DNA from: an uncultured Cocleimonas sp.
Lineage (GTDB): Bacteria; Pseudomonadota; Gammaproteobacteria; Thiotrichales; Thiotrichaceae
Reading direction: 5' to 3'
Length of the DNA: 50,313 nt
NCBI GenBank assembly: GCA_937929875.1
Contig: CALFUP010000014.1
Span: 1-50,313, forward strand
Shown here: piece by piece, positions 21,601 to 33,800 of the stretch
Numbering within the stretch: the first letter of the stretch is position 1
How the letters are laid out: the number at the start of each line of letters is the position of its first letter
The notes under the pieces: model-generated
Told to the model about the DNA's origin: nothing
What the model saw: only the letters and a program-made list of their open reading frames with translations
Database searches by the model: none
Program-made: the position numbers and the translations under genes

Positions 21601-24600
21601 CAAACGGTCGTACAGTTAAATGGCTCTGCTAGTGATGACCCTGATGGAGAAATTGAAACTTACACCTGGGTACAGACAGCAGGAGAGTCAGTTTCCTTGT
21701 CTGCAACAGACCAACCAGAGATCACCTTTACTGCCCCAGTACGTTTGGCACCGCAGGGAACTGAAACATTAAGCTTCCAGCTGACAGTAAAAGATGATGA
21801 GAACGCAGTGGATGTTACAACGGTTGATATTATCGTTAAGCCAGTCAATATTCTGCCAAAGCCACTTGTTGGGGCAGATCAGACGGTTAATGAAGGCACT
21901 GTTGTTAGCTTAACCTCTAGCGCAAGTACCGATGAAGACAGCACAGCTCCATTAAGCCATCAGTGGCGTCAGGTATCTGGTGAACCCGTCACATTAATAG
22001 GTGGTGATACGGATACGCCAAGCTTTACAGCCCCAGCTATTCTGGCTGAAGACGGTATAGCGGTTTCTGAGACATTACTCTTTGAAGTAACGGTTACTGA
22101 TAATGAGGAAGGGGCTAATGAAATCGTTGAGTCTAATAGCGATCATCGTGTAGCAATTACTGTTACATCAGTGAACGTTCCACCGGTTTCTGTACCAGGT
22201 AATAGTGTGGCAGTGGACAGTGAGTCATTTGTCGAGCTTGATGGGTCGGGTAGTGCTGACTCGGATGGTAATATTATCAGTTACTTGTGGGAGCAAAAAA
22301 CGGGTAGCTCTGTAACATTGTCCGCCAATGATGTTGCGACAGTAAACTTCACACTACCAAGGATAATAGGTGATAGTGCAGACTTCTCCTTTGACCTGAC
22401 GGTAACTGACAATGAAGGGTACAGTCACACCCAAAGCGTTGTTATTACAGCGAACCCTGCAAGCGTAGGATACTCATACCTTAATGGACAATTGATTGAG
22501 GGTGCTACAACCTTTACACCTTATAGTAATCTAGCCAATGTTGCGTATACGACCACCTCAAAAGATCACCCTGAGACATTAAGCTTAGCGGGTCAGATCA
22601 GTGTAACTGAAGGTGGGACTGATGCTTTGGATGATAATGAGCTCTATATTATTCAGGTTAGTATGGGTAGTGACATCGATCACGACCTGAATGCTGAAAG
22701 AGATATATCACCCACCAGCATTTCTGGAATGATGCGTAGCATCATGACAGGTGCAGATCTGAAAAATGATAATTGGACGATCACGCCACTAACAGAGATT
22801 GCTTACCAGCAAGCCTCTAGTTTAATTAGCGCAGGTGCATCGGTAGCAGCGATTCAAGAGCAATTAGATAATACAGCGAAGCAGTTACTGGCTGATGATC
22901 TAACAGCCGACACAATAGTGAATCGTCATGACTTATATGCTTATATCCCATCACAAAACCAAGGTTCATTGAAACTGTCGAACGTCATCTTGGCGACGTT
23001 AATTGATAACATCATTGCAGGTGAATCAACCCTGACAGCGAGTTTGGATGCAAGTAAGCAAGTGATTGCAACAGAGTCTCTGTTTGGTGGCGACGCGCAT
23101 AGTACTGCGATCAAAGGTGACTATGCTTATGTGGCAGCTGGTGGTCATGGCTTAATGGTGGTTGATATTAGCAATGCTAATGACTTGAGTATTGTTGGTC
23201 AGCTTAGTGTTGGAAGCTTTTCTCATGACATTGAAATCACTGGCAATTATGCTTACATAGCCACTAGTGCTGCTTTGGTCGTTGCTAACATTGGCGACCC
23301 TACTACGCCTGTTAGCCAGAAGACTCTCGCGATATCTGGAGGCAGTGGTAAAGGTGTGAATATCAACAATGGTTTCGCCTATGTGGCGGCAGGAAATACT
23401 GGTTTGTTAACCTACAATATTTCGGATGCTGCAAATCCAAGTTACTTGGGTACCTTTGCCACCACTTCGCCTGCGAATGATGTAATAGCTGTGGGTGATA
23501 CAGCTTATGTCGCTACTGGCACGGGTGGCTTAGAAGTTGTCGATGTCACTAGTAAAACGATCATGAGCAACTTAAGTACCTTTGATACAACAGGTACCGC
23601 AAAGGACCTAGTGATTGATGGGAGTTTTGTTTATGTTGCTGATGGTGAAAAGGGCCTTCAGATCATCAATATTGGAAGTACCCCGCTTGCACTGGAAGCA
23701 GAACTCAGCGTACCTGGTAATACAACAGGTATTAAGAAGATTGGCAACTCTGTGTACTTAGCAAGTGACTCGTCGGGTATACACCTTGTTGATGTCAGTG
23801 ATCCTGCTGACCCTTCAGTTCTGAATACTGTAACAACGAGCTCAGCGAACGACCTGACACTGCTCAATGACATTGCTTATGTCTCTGATGGTTCAATTGG
23901 TCTGACTTTAGTTGATGTATCATCTCTATCCAGCCTGCCACATGTCTTAAAGACGATCAAAACAGCTGGGAACCATGTGGATAGTGTTGCCACATTGAGT
24001 GATCTTGCGGTGACGGGTGTGAGTATCGGAAGCACAGGTATAGAGTCGTACAATTTGACGGATGAAAGTAACCCTGTTCTTGATCAAACAGCATTGATTA
24101 GTAAGCCGGTTCTGGACACAGATACTGACGGTACTTATGCCTTTGCTGCGGTTGGTGAAGATGGAGTAAAAATCGTTAAGCTCAGCGATGGTACTACAAG
24201 TGGGTATGACACTACGGGTGTTGCTAACGCTGTTAAGGTATCGGGCAACTATGTGTATGTTGCTGATGGAAGCGCTGGTTTTAAGATACTGGACGTATCA
24301 AACAGTACTAGCCCGTCGATATCTGGGCAGGTTGATACTAGTGGCGAGGCGGTAGATATCGCACTCAGCAGTGACGGTAACTATGCTTTTGTTGCGGATA
24401 GCATCGGTGGTGTTCATATCATCTCTATCAATGACAAAGCTAACCCGGCGATTGTTAGTACTGTTACAGATATTGGTCTGGTTAATGGGGTTTATCTCAA
24501 TAGCAACACTTTATATGTAGCGACTAGTGCGCAAGGTGGTCAAGGCATACAAGGCATACAGATGTATGATGCTTCTACTGGAGGAGCTTTGGCTTGGCTT

Positions 24601-24861
24601 GGTAACTTTGTGACACCTAACCTTGCTTACTCAACAGTAGTCAAAGGCAATTACGCTTACATCAGTAATGAATCTGATGGTATTCAGGTAGTTGATATTA
24701 CTGACAAGGCCTCACCAATTTGGACAGCTAATATAGACACTGCTGGATTGGCGCATGATTTGGCGCTTTCTGGAGATCCTGGAGTTCCTGGAGATTATAT
24801 TTATGTTGCCGATCAGCATGGAGGATTAAGTGTGATTAAATCCCTTGCTGTTAATCCTTAG
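15667..24861 (+). CDS. Giant lipoprotein adhesin (3,064 aa): N-terminal domain, 20 PKD/Ig-like repeats, C-terminal LVIVD-repeat beta-propeller(s)
   Basis: Signal peptide with lipobox LSA-C then GSGGGSG; GAGG upstream; 20 repeats of 'N..PVA.AG.DQ.V.EQ..VTL.A..S.D.DG.I.SY.W.QT.G...LTF.VTVTDNEG'; C-terminal 'YAYVA.G..GL.VVDIS' repeats. Confidence 0.92.
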   Translation: MIAKRLRSWIGLFLISIVLSACGSGGGSGVTAVSQTVETVISGIAQKGSFVSGSKVSIFQLIPSSAVRAGNVVTTNTTDNQGSYTAVLPWSGWLEVEITGKYFDEVTGKISDSERTLSAIGSIVDTQLSILNINAFTDVAVDRIRSKVSAGSDISTADESARDEVKALFDLESNNLGTLDITNGVGTNKNDNAKLLLLSGAVLSAGVTEEEWDRFTANNDQAVFNKIGNAVQNDPDLLSKLENNINAFISENNIDNGAVAPSLIGSSLGTDSDWVNKLPTVSVSDLIVVNEQAAVTLTDNQSASDVDGTIVSYLWLQTGGEAVTLTDANNNESSFTAPTRLLADGPATLSFSLTVTDDRGGTSTDVSTVTVNPVNVAPVAEAGNNQIVSEQASVTLSASNSTDADGSISTYSWVQTSGKTVTLDATGSSASFTSPVQLLPEGNGGLTFEVTVTDNEGVSHTDTVDVTVQPVNLPPVPNAGADQTFNEQTSVTLSASDSADADGSVATYAWTQTAGKTVALNNPSAENVSFITPVQLLPEGNGGLTFEVTVTDNEGVSRSDSVDVIFTPVNIPPVANAGVDQSVDEQTLTSLSAEASNDADGNIASYAWTQTAGKAVTLDDASAESVNFTTPIQLLPDGPHVLTFEVEVTDNEGVSHTDTVDVTVNPVNATPVATAGDNQNVDEQTLVTLDASQSSDEDGEVVTYSWKQVDELGKFVEITNASSAVASFTTPIQLLPDGEHVLTFELTVTDNEGTTHTDTVIVTVNPVNATPVANSGADQTSDEQSIVTLSAAQSSDEDGEIVAYAWNQIDELGKTVEINNASSAVATFTTPIQLLPDGSHVLTFELTVTDNEGTTHTDTIDVTVDPVNLPPVANAGVDKSVNEQTLTSLSAAASNDADGSIVSYSWTQTAGNSVTLDDASADSVSFTTPVQLLPDGQHTLTFEVEVTDNEGVSHTDTVNVIVNPVNIDPVANAGVDQDVNEQSPVTLSAAASSDEDGTIASYAWAQTVGKAVTLDDASAESVNFTTPIQLLPDGPHLLTFEVTVTDNEGISHTDTVDVTVNPVNLPPEANAGDNQTVEEQTSVTLSSTGSTDEDGTIAAYTWKQVDELGKTVVINDANSPTASFTTPIQLLPDGDHILTFELTVTDNEGIQNTDTVIVTVQPVNIDPVASAGDNQSVNEQTVTSLSAAASADEDGTIASYAWTQTSGKTVSIVNASSSTASFTSLEQLLPDGPETLTFELTVTDNEGVSNTDTVDVVVNPVNIDPVSEAGDNQDVNEQSPVFLSASASNDADGSIASYAWAQTAGKTVALSHSSSETTSFVTPIQLLPDGLETLTFELTVTDNEGVSHIDTVDVVVNPVNIDPVAEAGDSQNVNEQSPVTLSAAASSDEDGSIASYAWVQTEGKDVTLDDATAASVNFTTPEQLLPDGTETLTFEVTVTDNEGVTHSDTVDVVVNPVNIAPVAEAGNNQNVNEQSPVTLSAAASSDEDGSIASYAWVQTEGKDVTLDDASAASVNFTTPEQLLPDGTDTLTFSVTVTDNEGVTHTDTVDVVVNPVNIAPVAEAGNNQNVNEQSPVALSAATSSDEDGSIASYAWVQTEGKDVTLDDASAASVNFTTPEQLLPDGTETLTFSVTVTDNEGVTHTDTVDVVVNPVNIDPVANAGVDQSINEQTPVALSAAASSDADGTIASYAWTQTAGNDVVLSGDTSKFASFTAPVQLLTDGPHTLTFNVEVTDNEGVSHSDTVNVVVNPVNALPVANAGTNQGVNEKLLVTLDASASLDSDPPSGIDSAASIKSYLWEQVVTGGESTPVLTNAFTKVATFTAPTRLLSEGEEKLTFKVTVTDHENESTSDMVEIRVTPTNMHPVAEAGDSQSVHENEEVTLRAVDSSDADGDVVEYKWEQTFTTVNNIAVTLNDDTSIAPVFVSPVRSAPEGIVVLTFKLTVTDNEGYTHEDTTIVTVNPDNAKPIANAGTNREVDEQTVVQLNGSASDDPDGEIETYTWVQTAGESVSLSATDQPEITFTAPVRLAPQGTETLSFQLTVKDDENAVDVTTVDIIVKPVNILPKPLVGADQTVNEGTVVSLTSSASTDEDSTAPLSHQWRQVSGEPVTLIGGDTDTPSFTAPAILAEDGIAVSETLLFEVTVTDNEEGANEIVESNSDHRVAITVTSVNVPPVSVPGNSVAVDSESFVELDGSGSADSDGNIISYLWEQKTGSSVTLSANDVATVNFTLPRIIGDSADFSFDLTVTDNEGYSHTQSVVITANPASVGYSYLNGQLIEGATTFTPYSNLANVAYTTTSKDHPETLSLAGQISVTEGGTDALDDNELYIIQVSMGSDIDHDLNAERDISPTSISGMMRSIMTGADLKNDNWTITPLTEIAYQQASSLISAGASVAAIQEQLDNTAKQLLADDLTADTIVNRHDLYAYIPSQNQGSLKLSNVILATLIDNIIAGESTLTASLDASKQVIATESLFGGDAHSTAIKGDYAYVAAGGHGLMVVDISNANDLSIVGQLSVGSFSHDIEITGNYAYIATSAALVVANIGDPTTPVSQKTLAISGGSGKGVNINNGFAYVAAGNTGLLTYNISDAANPSYLGTFATTSPANDVIAVGDTAYVATGTGGLEVVDVTSKTIMSNLSTFDTTGTAKDLVIDGSFVYVADGEKGLQIINIGSTPLALEAELSVPGNTTGIKKIGNSVYLASDSSGIHLVDVSDPADPSVLNTVTTSSANDLTLLNDIAYVSDGSIGLTLVDVSSLSSLPHVLKTIKTAGNHVDSVATLSDLAVTGVSIGSTGIESYNLTDESNPVLDQTALISKPVLDTDTDGTYAFAAVGEDGVKIVKLSDGTTSGYDTTGVANAVKVSGNYVYVADGSAGFKILDVSNSTSPSISGQVDTSGEAVDIALSSDGNYAFVADSIGGVHIISINDKANPAIVSTVTDIGLVNGVYLNSNTLYVATSAQGGQGIQGIQMYDASTGGALAWLGNFVTPNLAYSTVVKGNYAYISNESDGIQVVDITDKASPIWTANIDTAGLAHDLALSGDPGVPGDYIYVADQHGGLSVIKSLAVNP
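16492..22458 (+). repeat. 20 tandem ~97-aa PKD/Ig-like repeats; three near-identical 294-bp units at ~19740-20625
   Basis: Repeats counted in the translation. The antisense shadow ORFs at 19707, 20001 and 20295 recur at an exact 294-bp period. Confidence 0.88.
23080..24858 (+). repeat. LVIVD-type repeats (about 14 blades)
   Basis: Recurring ~42-aa 'G.YAYVA.G..GL.(I/V)(V/I)D(I/V)S.P..P' units. Confidence 0.8.
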
Positions 24862-24882
24862 TAGGAAATATACGTAGCGAAT

Positions 24883-27800
24883 ATGCTGAAGACTATTAAT
24901 TGGATTGTTGTCCTGTTGTTGCTGCTTGTATCTGGCCAGATACAAGCAGCAACGTGGACTGAAACAGTTGGTTCAAGAACATTTGAGTATGACGATACGG
25001 CATCGCCTGCTACATGTTCCTTAACTGACAACACTGCCAACATTTCCCTGCAAGATGAGATGGGAGATGTTACTAGTCTTACGTACACCAACACCGTTGA
25101 TTGCTCAAAGGCGGAGCAATATATAGTCGTCAAAAATCACAGTGCCGACTATTGGCAGGTGCATGTACTTAATGGTGCTTTCCAAGCGAAGCAACAGTTA
25201 TGGATAAAGACTGCTGCAAATAATCATACGATAGAGTGGAGTAAGGGGTCTGCTACCAGAAAATTCATCTACAATCCTCCTTTGCAAAATATTGGGGACA
25301 CTCATGATAATTGCCCAACGTTTAATGGCGTTGGTATTGCCGTTCAACAATCCGACGATATAAGCGCCCTTACTTTCTCAAATTCTGTTAGCTGTACTGA
25401 TGGTGATCAGCATCTGCTTTTATCATTTGGCGATAAAACGTATTGGAGGGTACAAATTGAAGGTAATGAGATTAATGATACTGATCTACAAGCTTGCGAT
25501 GGATCGTATTCTTTTGTATACGAGTCTGGTGTAGTAACAAGCACAGGTACCGGCGATAACGAAGGCATAACCGTTGATACCACTGTTGAGGCTGGCTGTT
25601 TCCCACCATTACCAACCTTGACAGAATTCCCTAGCATCATCGCTAGTGGTGATGAAGACAATTCTGGGATGTCGATCACATATGCAGATCTTCTAGCGAA
25701 TAGTGATGCCTCTCTAGGGAAAACAAGCCTTGGTTCAGATATCGGATCTATACTTTATTTTAAAGTAGACTCAGTAATGAACAGTGGTACGTTATTGATT
25801 GATGGATCAGCCTACTCTGATGGATCAGACACAAATATTCCCGCTTTGAATACAGTTGGGCCTAATAGTGTCATTAGCTACAAACCTAGTGAACATACAA
25901 ACGGCACAATTGATGCGCTACAACTATCCCTTGAGACGGATCTTGGGCATACAAATAGTAACAGTGTTACTGCTAAAGTTTCGCTTAACCCTGTTAATGA
26001 TGCACCAAGAAAACTGACCAGTGGGTCAATGTATGTTGGGAGTTTGCTCTCTAGCGAAATTTCTCAGAGTACTTTACGTGCAGTAGATGATATTGATGTT
26101 GCAATAGGTTCTGAGGTTACTGATGACATCATATTTAAGTTAGTAAGTACCCCAAGCCGTGGAAGCTTACTCAAGAGTGGGTCCCCGCTAGCATCCAATT
26201 CTACTTTTACACAAACCGATGTAAATGATGGGAAAATATCCTATAAAAACTCAAGTTCAGGCTCAAGCGACTCACTCAGTCTCGTTGTTGAAGATAGCTC
26301 AGGGTTATCAAACAATGTAACTTTTAATATCGGTATAACAATAATACAAGCAGATAGAGGCAGCCCTATTATTGCTCAAGGCCCTAGTATAGGGGCCATT
26401 ATGTCTGAGAATAGCAGCCCTAATCCGTTCTCTGTCAGTTTGAATGCGACCAACACTGCGGGCGGCGATTCCCTTATGATCTGGCGGTTGAAAACGCCAC
26501 CTGCTAATGGTCAAGCTGAGGTTTTCGGATTGGGCCGATCTCCTACTGATGAAGCTAGCGAGTTTGTGCGTTATGAGCCTAATGAGAACTTTGATGGTAC
26601 AGATAGCTTCACAGTTCTGGTAAATAACGGTACTCAAAATGAGTCTACTATTGTCATCAATGTCACCGTAGAGGACGTTAATGCTCCCCCTGTGATTACT
26701 CAAGGCACCAGTTATGGCGTAAATATGTCAGAGGATTCATCACCTATTGCATTTACTGCCAGTATCTCTGCAACAGACCGAGATGATAACGATACCAGCT
26801 TGTTTTGGGATGTGTACTTTCACCCACTACATGGGGCAGTCACTTTAAACAACACAACAGGCAGCTCTCCGGTTATAAACTACACTCCTACAGCCAACTA
26901 TTATGGAAGTGATAGCTTTGGTCTGATCGTGAGTGACGGCACTGACACCGATATCATTCGGGTGCCTATCTATATTACTCCGCAAAATGATGCACCTACG
27001 ATTAATGAGGGAAGTAGCATCACCGTTAACATGTCGGAAGACGGGACGCCGAATCCTTTTAACCTTACATTAAACGCTACCGATATAGAGAACGATGATA
27101 TCTCATGGGCTATTACTACACAGCCATCAAACGGTACGTTAAGCCTTAGTGGAATAGATAACGCTCGTGAAATAAACTATGTTCCTCAAAGCAATTTTGT
27201 TGGACAAGACACTTTCGTTATTACGGTTAGTGATCTAAATGGCGGTAGCAATAGCACGACGGTAATAGTCGATGTAGACCCCCTTAATGATGCTCCATCC
27301 ATTACTCAAGGGGACAATGTTACAGTCAGTATGACAGAAGAGGGGGACACACCGTTTTCGCTAACATTGGATGCTACAGATGTAGATGGCGATGCTTTGC
27401 AATGGTCTATTCTCTCTACTCCTAGTCACGGTGCTGCTACTGTTGCTAGTACTTCTGGGTTATCAACTGATATTAACTATAGTCCTGACACAGACTATTT
27501 TGGCTCCGATTCTTTTGTTGTCCAAGTCAGTGATGGTGTCTTGTCTGAGACGATCGTGGTCAATGTCAATGTAGCCAATATCAATGACCCACCTGTCATC
27601 CAAGAAGGTGATATTATTTCTAAGACAGTGCTTGAAGACACTGCATTGACAATTAATTTAACGGCATTAGATAGTGATAGCAGCGTAATCTGGCAAGTAC
27701 TACAGCAGCCTGGAAATGGCAGCGTTGAGTTTCTAGCAGGTTTTAATTCACCTAAAAGAGTGCAGTACACCCCCGCAACTAACTTTAATGGTCCTGATAG

Positions 27801-30800
27801 CTTTCAGGTTGCGGTTTCCGATGGGGAGTTTACCGACCAAATTACTGTTAACGTAACAGTGGCAACCAGTAATGATGCGCCGTCTTTTCGAGAAGGCCTT
27901 CAAACCAATATTTATATATCTGAAGACAGTTTTCCTACTGCCTTCAAGCTAACACTTAATGGTATAGATAATGAAGGGGATGAGCTGTCATGGTCTATTG
28001 ATACTGCTCCTACTAATGGTACCGCTAAAATAATTGTTCCTTTAGGCACTGGGCGTGCTATCGATTATGTTCCCGACGCTAACTATTATGGAATGGATAG
28101 TTTCATAGTAAAAATATCTGATGGTTCTCTTTCTAATACTTTTAAAGTTAATGTAACAGTTGAACCAAACGATGATGCCCCAGCGGTACAAGGTCCTCTC
28201 GCTGATTTAACATTTCCACTAGGTGAAACGACTACTCAGGTTTCTATCAGCGACGTGTTCACTGACGTCGATAGTGATGATGATGCAATCACAAAAAGTA
28301 TTTTCTTAAATGATAATGAAAGCCTAGTAACCGTAAGTGTTGCTGGAGATTTGTTAACACTGAACTACGTTAGTGGTGGTGTAGGTACCGCTAATATCAG
28401 TCTACTCGGTGTTTCTGGTAGTAAATCTGTCCAAGATCATTTCAGTGTCACTATTGAGGATTTGATAGCTCCAGTTTTCACTAACCTGCCACTTGATGAG
28501 TTGACGTATGAAGCGACAGGGCCTCAAACATCTATCAGCCCTGCTATACCGGCGGCAACAGATGAAACCAGTGTCGTTGTTGATTCTAACAAGCCTGATC
28601 AATTAGCACTGGGTACGCATACCATCAGCTGGGTTGCTACAGACTCTAGTGGCAACACTGCAACCACTTCCCAACTCATTCACATTGTTGATACAACACC
28701 ACCACAATTGAGTTTGGATAACCCAACCGTTACAGCAAGTGCTACTAATGGTACCAGTGGAAATAGTGTCGATCTTGGAGAAGCTCTGGCAACAGACTTA
28801 GTGGATGGTGAAGTCGTTACGATTGCGAGTGTACCTTTGACAGGATCATCTGTTGCTACATTGGATATTGGGCAACATACGATTATTTGGCAGGCAACTG
28901 ATGCTAGTGGCAATACAGCGACACAAGAGCAGATCGTTAATGTGGTGGATAACACCCCTCCTGAAATTACCTTAGTAAGCTCTACTCTTACGGTAAGTGC
29001 CAATCATCCAACGATTAATAGCGTTGATTTAGGTGCTGTAGCAGTCAATGATATTGTTGATGGAGCCTTGATTGCAACCACTAACACTTCGTTAAATGGC
29101 ACAGTAGCAACCTTACCTATTGGACAGCACACGATTATCTGGCAAGCAACTGACACGGCTGGAAATGCTGCGACAAAAGAACAGATAGTCAATGTGGTGG
29201 ACACTACGCCTCCCCAGATTACTTTAGCAAATCCTGTTATTACAGTGGGTGCAGATACTCAGAATAGTAATAACGTTGACTTGGGCCAAGTTACGGCTAA
29301 TGACCTGATTGATGGGAATCTAACGGCTATCTCTACTAATACATTGCTTAGTGGCACAGTAGCAACCTTGCCTATTGGCCAACATACGGTTATCTGGCAA
29401 GCAACTGACACGGCTGGAAATACTGCGACACAGGAACAGATAGTTAATGTGGTGGATAACACCCCCCCTGAAATTGTTGTAGAAAGCCCCGTTATTACGG
29501 TGAATGCGGGTACTCAGAACAACAACAGCGTTGATTTGGGGATTGTCACTGCAAATGACCTCATTGATGGAAATTTACAAGCGACTACTAGTACCCCATT
29601 AATCGGTAACGCTGCAACACTATCTATTGGGCAACACACGATTATCTGGCAAGCAACAGATGCCAGTGGCAATACAGCGACACAAGAGCAGATCGTTAAT
29701 GTGGTGGATACAGGGTTCCCGCTAATTTTTATAGAAGCTCCCAGTATTACTGTGAGTGCAACCTCTCAAGATAATAACAATGTTGATTTAGGAGCCGTCA
29801 CAGCAAGTGATCTGATTGACGGAAACTTAAATGCAACCGCGAGCACACCATTAAACGGTACGGTTGCAATACTCCCCATCGGGCAACATATCATTACGTG
29901 GCAGGTAACTGATACGAGCGGTAATACCACCACACAGCAACAAATAGTTAACGTAGTCGATAACACTCCTCCTCAAATTACCTTGGAGCAGCCATTTATA
30001 ACGGTAAGTGCCAACCACCCAGATAGTAATAGTATTGATTTAGGAACTATTACGGCCACTGATCTTGTTGATGGTGTTTTAGCAGCAACAACAAATACGC
30101 TACTAAATGGTACTGTGGCAACGTTACCGATAGGTCAGCACACTATTATCTGGCAAGCGACAGATACCAGCAACAACCAGGTAACGACAGAACAAATTGT
30201 CAATGTGGTTGATACAACGCTGCCTCAGATAACTCTGGAAAATACGACGCTTACTGTCAGTGCTAGCTCTCAGAATAACAACAGTGTTGATTTAGGCGCT
30301 GTGGTAGCGAATGACGCCATCGATGGCGTCTTAACCGTGACGGCCAACATACCACTCAATGGCACGTTGGCAACATTAGCGGTTGGGCAACACGTTATTA
30401 CTTGGCAAGCAACAGATGCCAATGGGAACACTGCTACTCAAGAGCAAACTGTTAATGTGCTCGATAGCACCCTGCCACAAATTACGATCACAAACGCTGT
30501 TATTACCGTCAGTGCTAGCTCTCCGAGTAATAACAATGTTGATTTAGGGACTGTGGTAGCAAGTGACTTAGTTGATGGAAATCTAATTGCCACTACGACC
30601 ATTCCACTTAATGGCACAATAGCAACGCTGTCTGTCGGACAACATACCATCGTTTGGCAAGCTACGGATGCTAGTGGCAATACCGCTACTCAGGAGCAAA
30701 TTGTCAATGTGGTTGATACCACGCCTCCTCAGATTACCTTAGAGAGCTCCGTGATTACGGTAAATGCGGATTCTCAAAATAATGCTGTTGATCTGGGTAC

Positions 30801-33800
30801 GGTGACAGCAAATGACTTGATCGATGGATCTTTAATCGCCACTACCACGACACCATTAAGTGGCACAGCGGCAACACTAGCCGTTGGGCAGCACACTATC
30901 GTTTGGCAGGCGACCGATAGCAGTGGTAACACTGCTACTCAAGAGCAGGTTATCAATGTGGTTGATACCACCAAGCCACAAATTACACTCTCAAATACAG
31001 TACTCACGGTTAGTGCCGTGAACGCCAATAACAATAGTGTTGATTTAGGAACTGTCAGTGCTAGTGATGCTGTTGGTGGGGTTTTAACTGCAACATCCGA
31101 TATACCATTAAATGGCACTGTAGCAATACTAGCGGTTGGACAGCACACCATTACTTGGCAAGCTACGGATGCTAGTGGTAATACGGCAACCCAAGAGCAG
31201 ACTGTCAATGTAGTCGATACCACCTCACCACAAATTACACTGTCAAACCCTGTTATTAGAGTGGATGGTACTCACCCCGATAACAACAGTGTTGATCTGG
31301 GTACAGTGACTGCGACTGATCAAGTGGACGGTCTATTAAGTGCCACTACTGAGACCTCATTGAATGGTACGGTAGCAACATTGCCTATTGGACAGCATGT
31401 CATTTTTTGGCAAGCCACTGACGCTAATGGCAATACAGCTACTAAAGAGCAGATTGTTAACGTAATTGATAATACTCAAATTATTAACAACGATGACACC
31501 ACTCCTCCACAGATTGTTTTGGGCAGCCCTGTTATTACATTCAATGCCATTAGCAAAGATAACAACAGTGTTGATTTGGGTAGTGTCATCGCAAACGATC
31601 TAGTCGACGGAGTTTTAACCGCCACAACAAGCACACTATTAAATGGCACAGTGGCAACACTAGCCATCGGACAACATACGATTGTCTGGCAGGCAACAGA
31701 TACCAGTGGTAACACGGCAACCCAAGAGCAGACTGTCAACGTGGTCGATACCACACTGCCACAGATCACTCTTGAAAATGCAACGATTACAGTAATTGCC
31801 ACGTCCAAAGAGAATAACAGCGTTGCGCTTGGTACTGTTTCAGCGAACGATTCGATTGATGGACCTCTAACCGCCACTACCAGTACCCCATTAAATGGCA
31901 CAACAGCAAGTTTACCAATAGGCCAACACATCATTACTTGGCAAGCTACGGATGCTAGTGGTAATACGGCTACTCAAGAACAGATTATCAATGTCATTGA
32001 TACTAAGCCGCCTCAGATTATCCTTTCACAAGCCATTATTACAGCGGCTGCTACTTCCCGAGATAACAATGAGGTTGATTTGGGCACTGTCACGGTAAAT
32101 GACTCAATTGATGGCACGTTAACGGCCACTACCAGCACGCCATTAAATGGGACGGTAGCGACATTAGCGGTAGGACAACATACTGTTGTTTGGGAAGCTA
32201 TTGATGCCAGCGGCAATCACGTCAGAACTGTACAAATTGTTAATGTTGTTGATACAACACCGCCACAGATAACACTTGAAAGCCCAACCATTACGGTCAA
32301 TACAGACGCAATAAATAGCACTGTTGAGTTAGGTGATGTTGTAGCGAATGACCTGGTTGACGGTAGTGTTACTGCGACCGCCAATGTTCCACTGAATGGC
32401 ACAGCAGCAACCTTGGCTGTTGGACAACACACCATTGTTTGGCAAGCAACCGATGCCAGTGGCAATACCACGACTCAGGAACAACTCATTAACGTCATTG
32501 ATAATGCCTCACCTCAAATTACATTATCCAATGCGACCATTACGTTTAGTGCCAGCTCTAAGGATAGCAACCTTGTTAATTTAGGGCTTGTAACAGCGAC
32601 AGACTCGGTTGACGGGGCAGTCACGGTTACCACAATTACACCAGTAGATGGCACGGTGGCAACACTACCTATTGGGCAACATATCATTGTTTGGCAAGCA
32701 GTCGATACGAATGGAAATACAACGACTAAAGAGCAAACTGTTAACGTCGTTGATGATATACCACCGCAGATTACGCTTGAGAATTCGATCATTACAGTCA
32801 ATGCCAGCTCACCAGATGAGAATCATGTTGATTTAGGCACTGTTACCGCAAATGACTTAATTGACGGTGTATTGACTGCTACAACCAGCACGCCATTAAA
32901 TGGCACCGTAGCAACACTAGCGGTGGGACAACATAGCATTGTATGGCAGGCAACAGACACCAGCGGTAATACTTCGACACAAACACAAACAGTCAATGTA
33001 GTGGGGTCGGAGTCTCCTGTTATTACGGTTAATGATGTTGTGGTTGAAGCAACGGGGAAAATAACAACGATTACCGAAGAAACACTCGCTAACTCGGTTT
33101 TCGCCAACGATGCCACTGATGGAGAGATAGATGCTATCCCGCAGATTTCTCTAGATGGGGCACTGCCTATTGGTACACATACCATTGTTTGGCAAGCAAC
33201 TGATAGTGACGGAAACCAATCCGCCGCTTCACAGCTTGTAACCATTAAAGATACAACGCCTCCTGAGCTCTTCATTGATAACTTACAAGTGACCCTCAAT
33301 GCAACGGGGGAGCTAACTACCATTAACACATCTGATCTAGGGGTCTCGGCCGGCGACTTGGTCGATGACGACATTAGTATTATTGGAGAGATCAACGGCA
33401 ATGCCTTATCAAGCGACCTTTTTGAGTCAGGTATTTACTCCATCAACTGGTTTGCTCAAGATGACTATGGCAATAGGTCTAATGCACAAGAACAAACCGT
33501 CAGAATCATTCCTCTGGTTAATTACGGACCAGCACAATTAGTGAGCGCTGGAGACAGAGTGTCAGTCAGATTAATACTGACGGGACTAGCACCTGATTAC
33601 CCAGTTAGCATTAATTATGAAATAGACGCCGATGCAAGTGAGGGTGTGTCAGACATAGATCACACAGCAACGTTTGGAACGCTCATACTTGAGTATCCAG
33701 AAACTGAAGGTACTTTTACATTTGATATTTCAGCATTTCCTGTCTTGAATGGTTTAGGTGAAGGAAAACTTGTCTTTAGTTTGGGTGAGTTAAACGGCGC

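Noticed and set aside
24532-24561. Short CAAGGCATA duplication
   Set aside because: In-frame 9-bp microduplication in a propeller loop with no sign of function.
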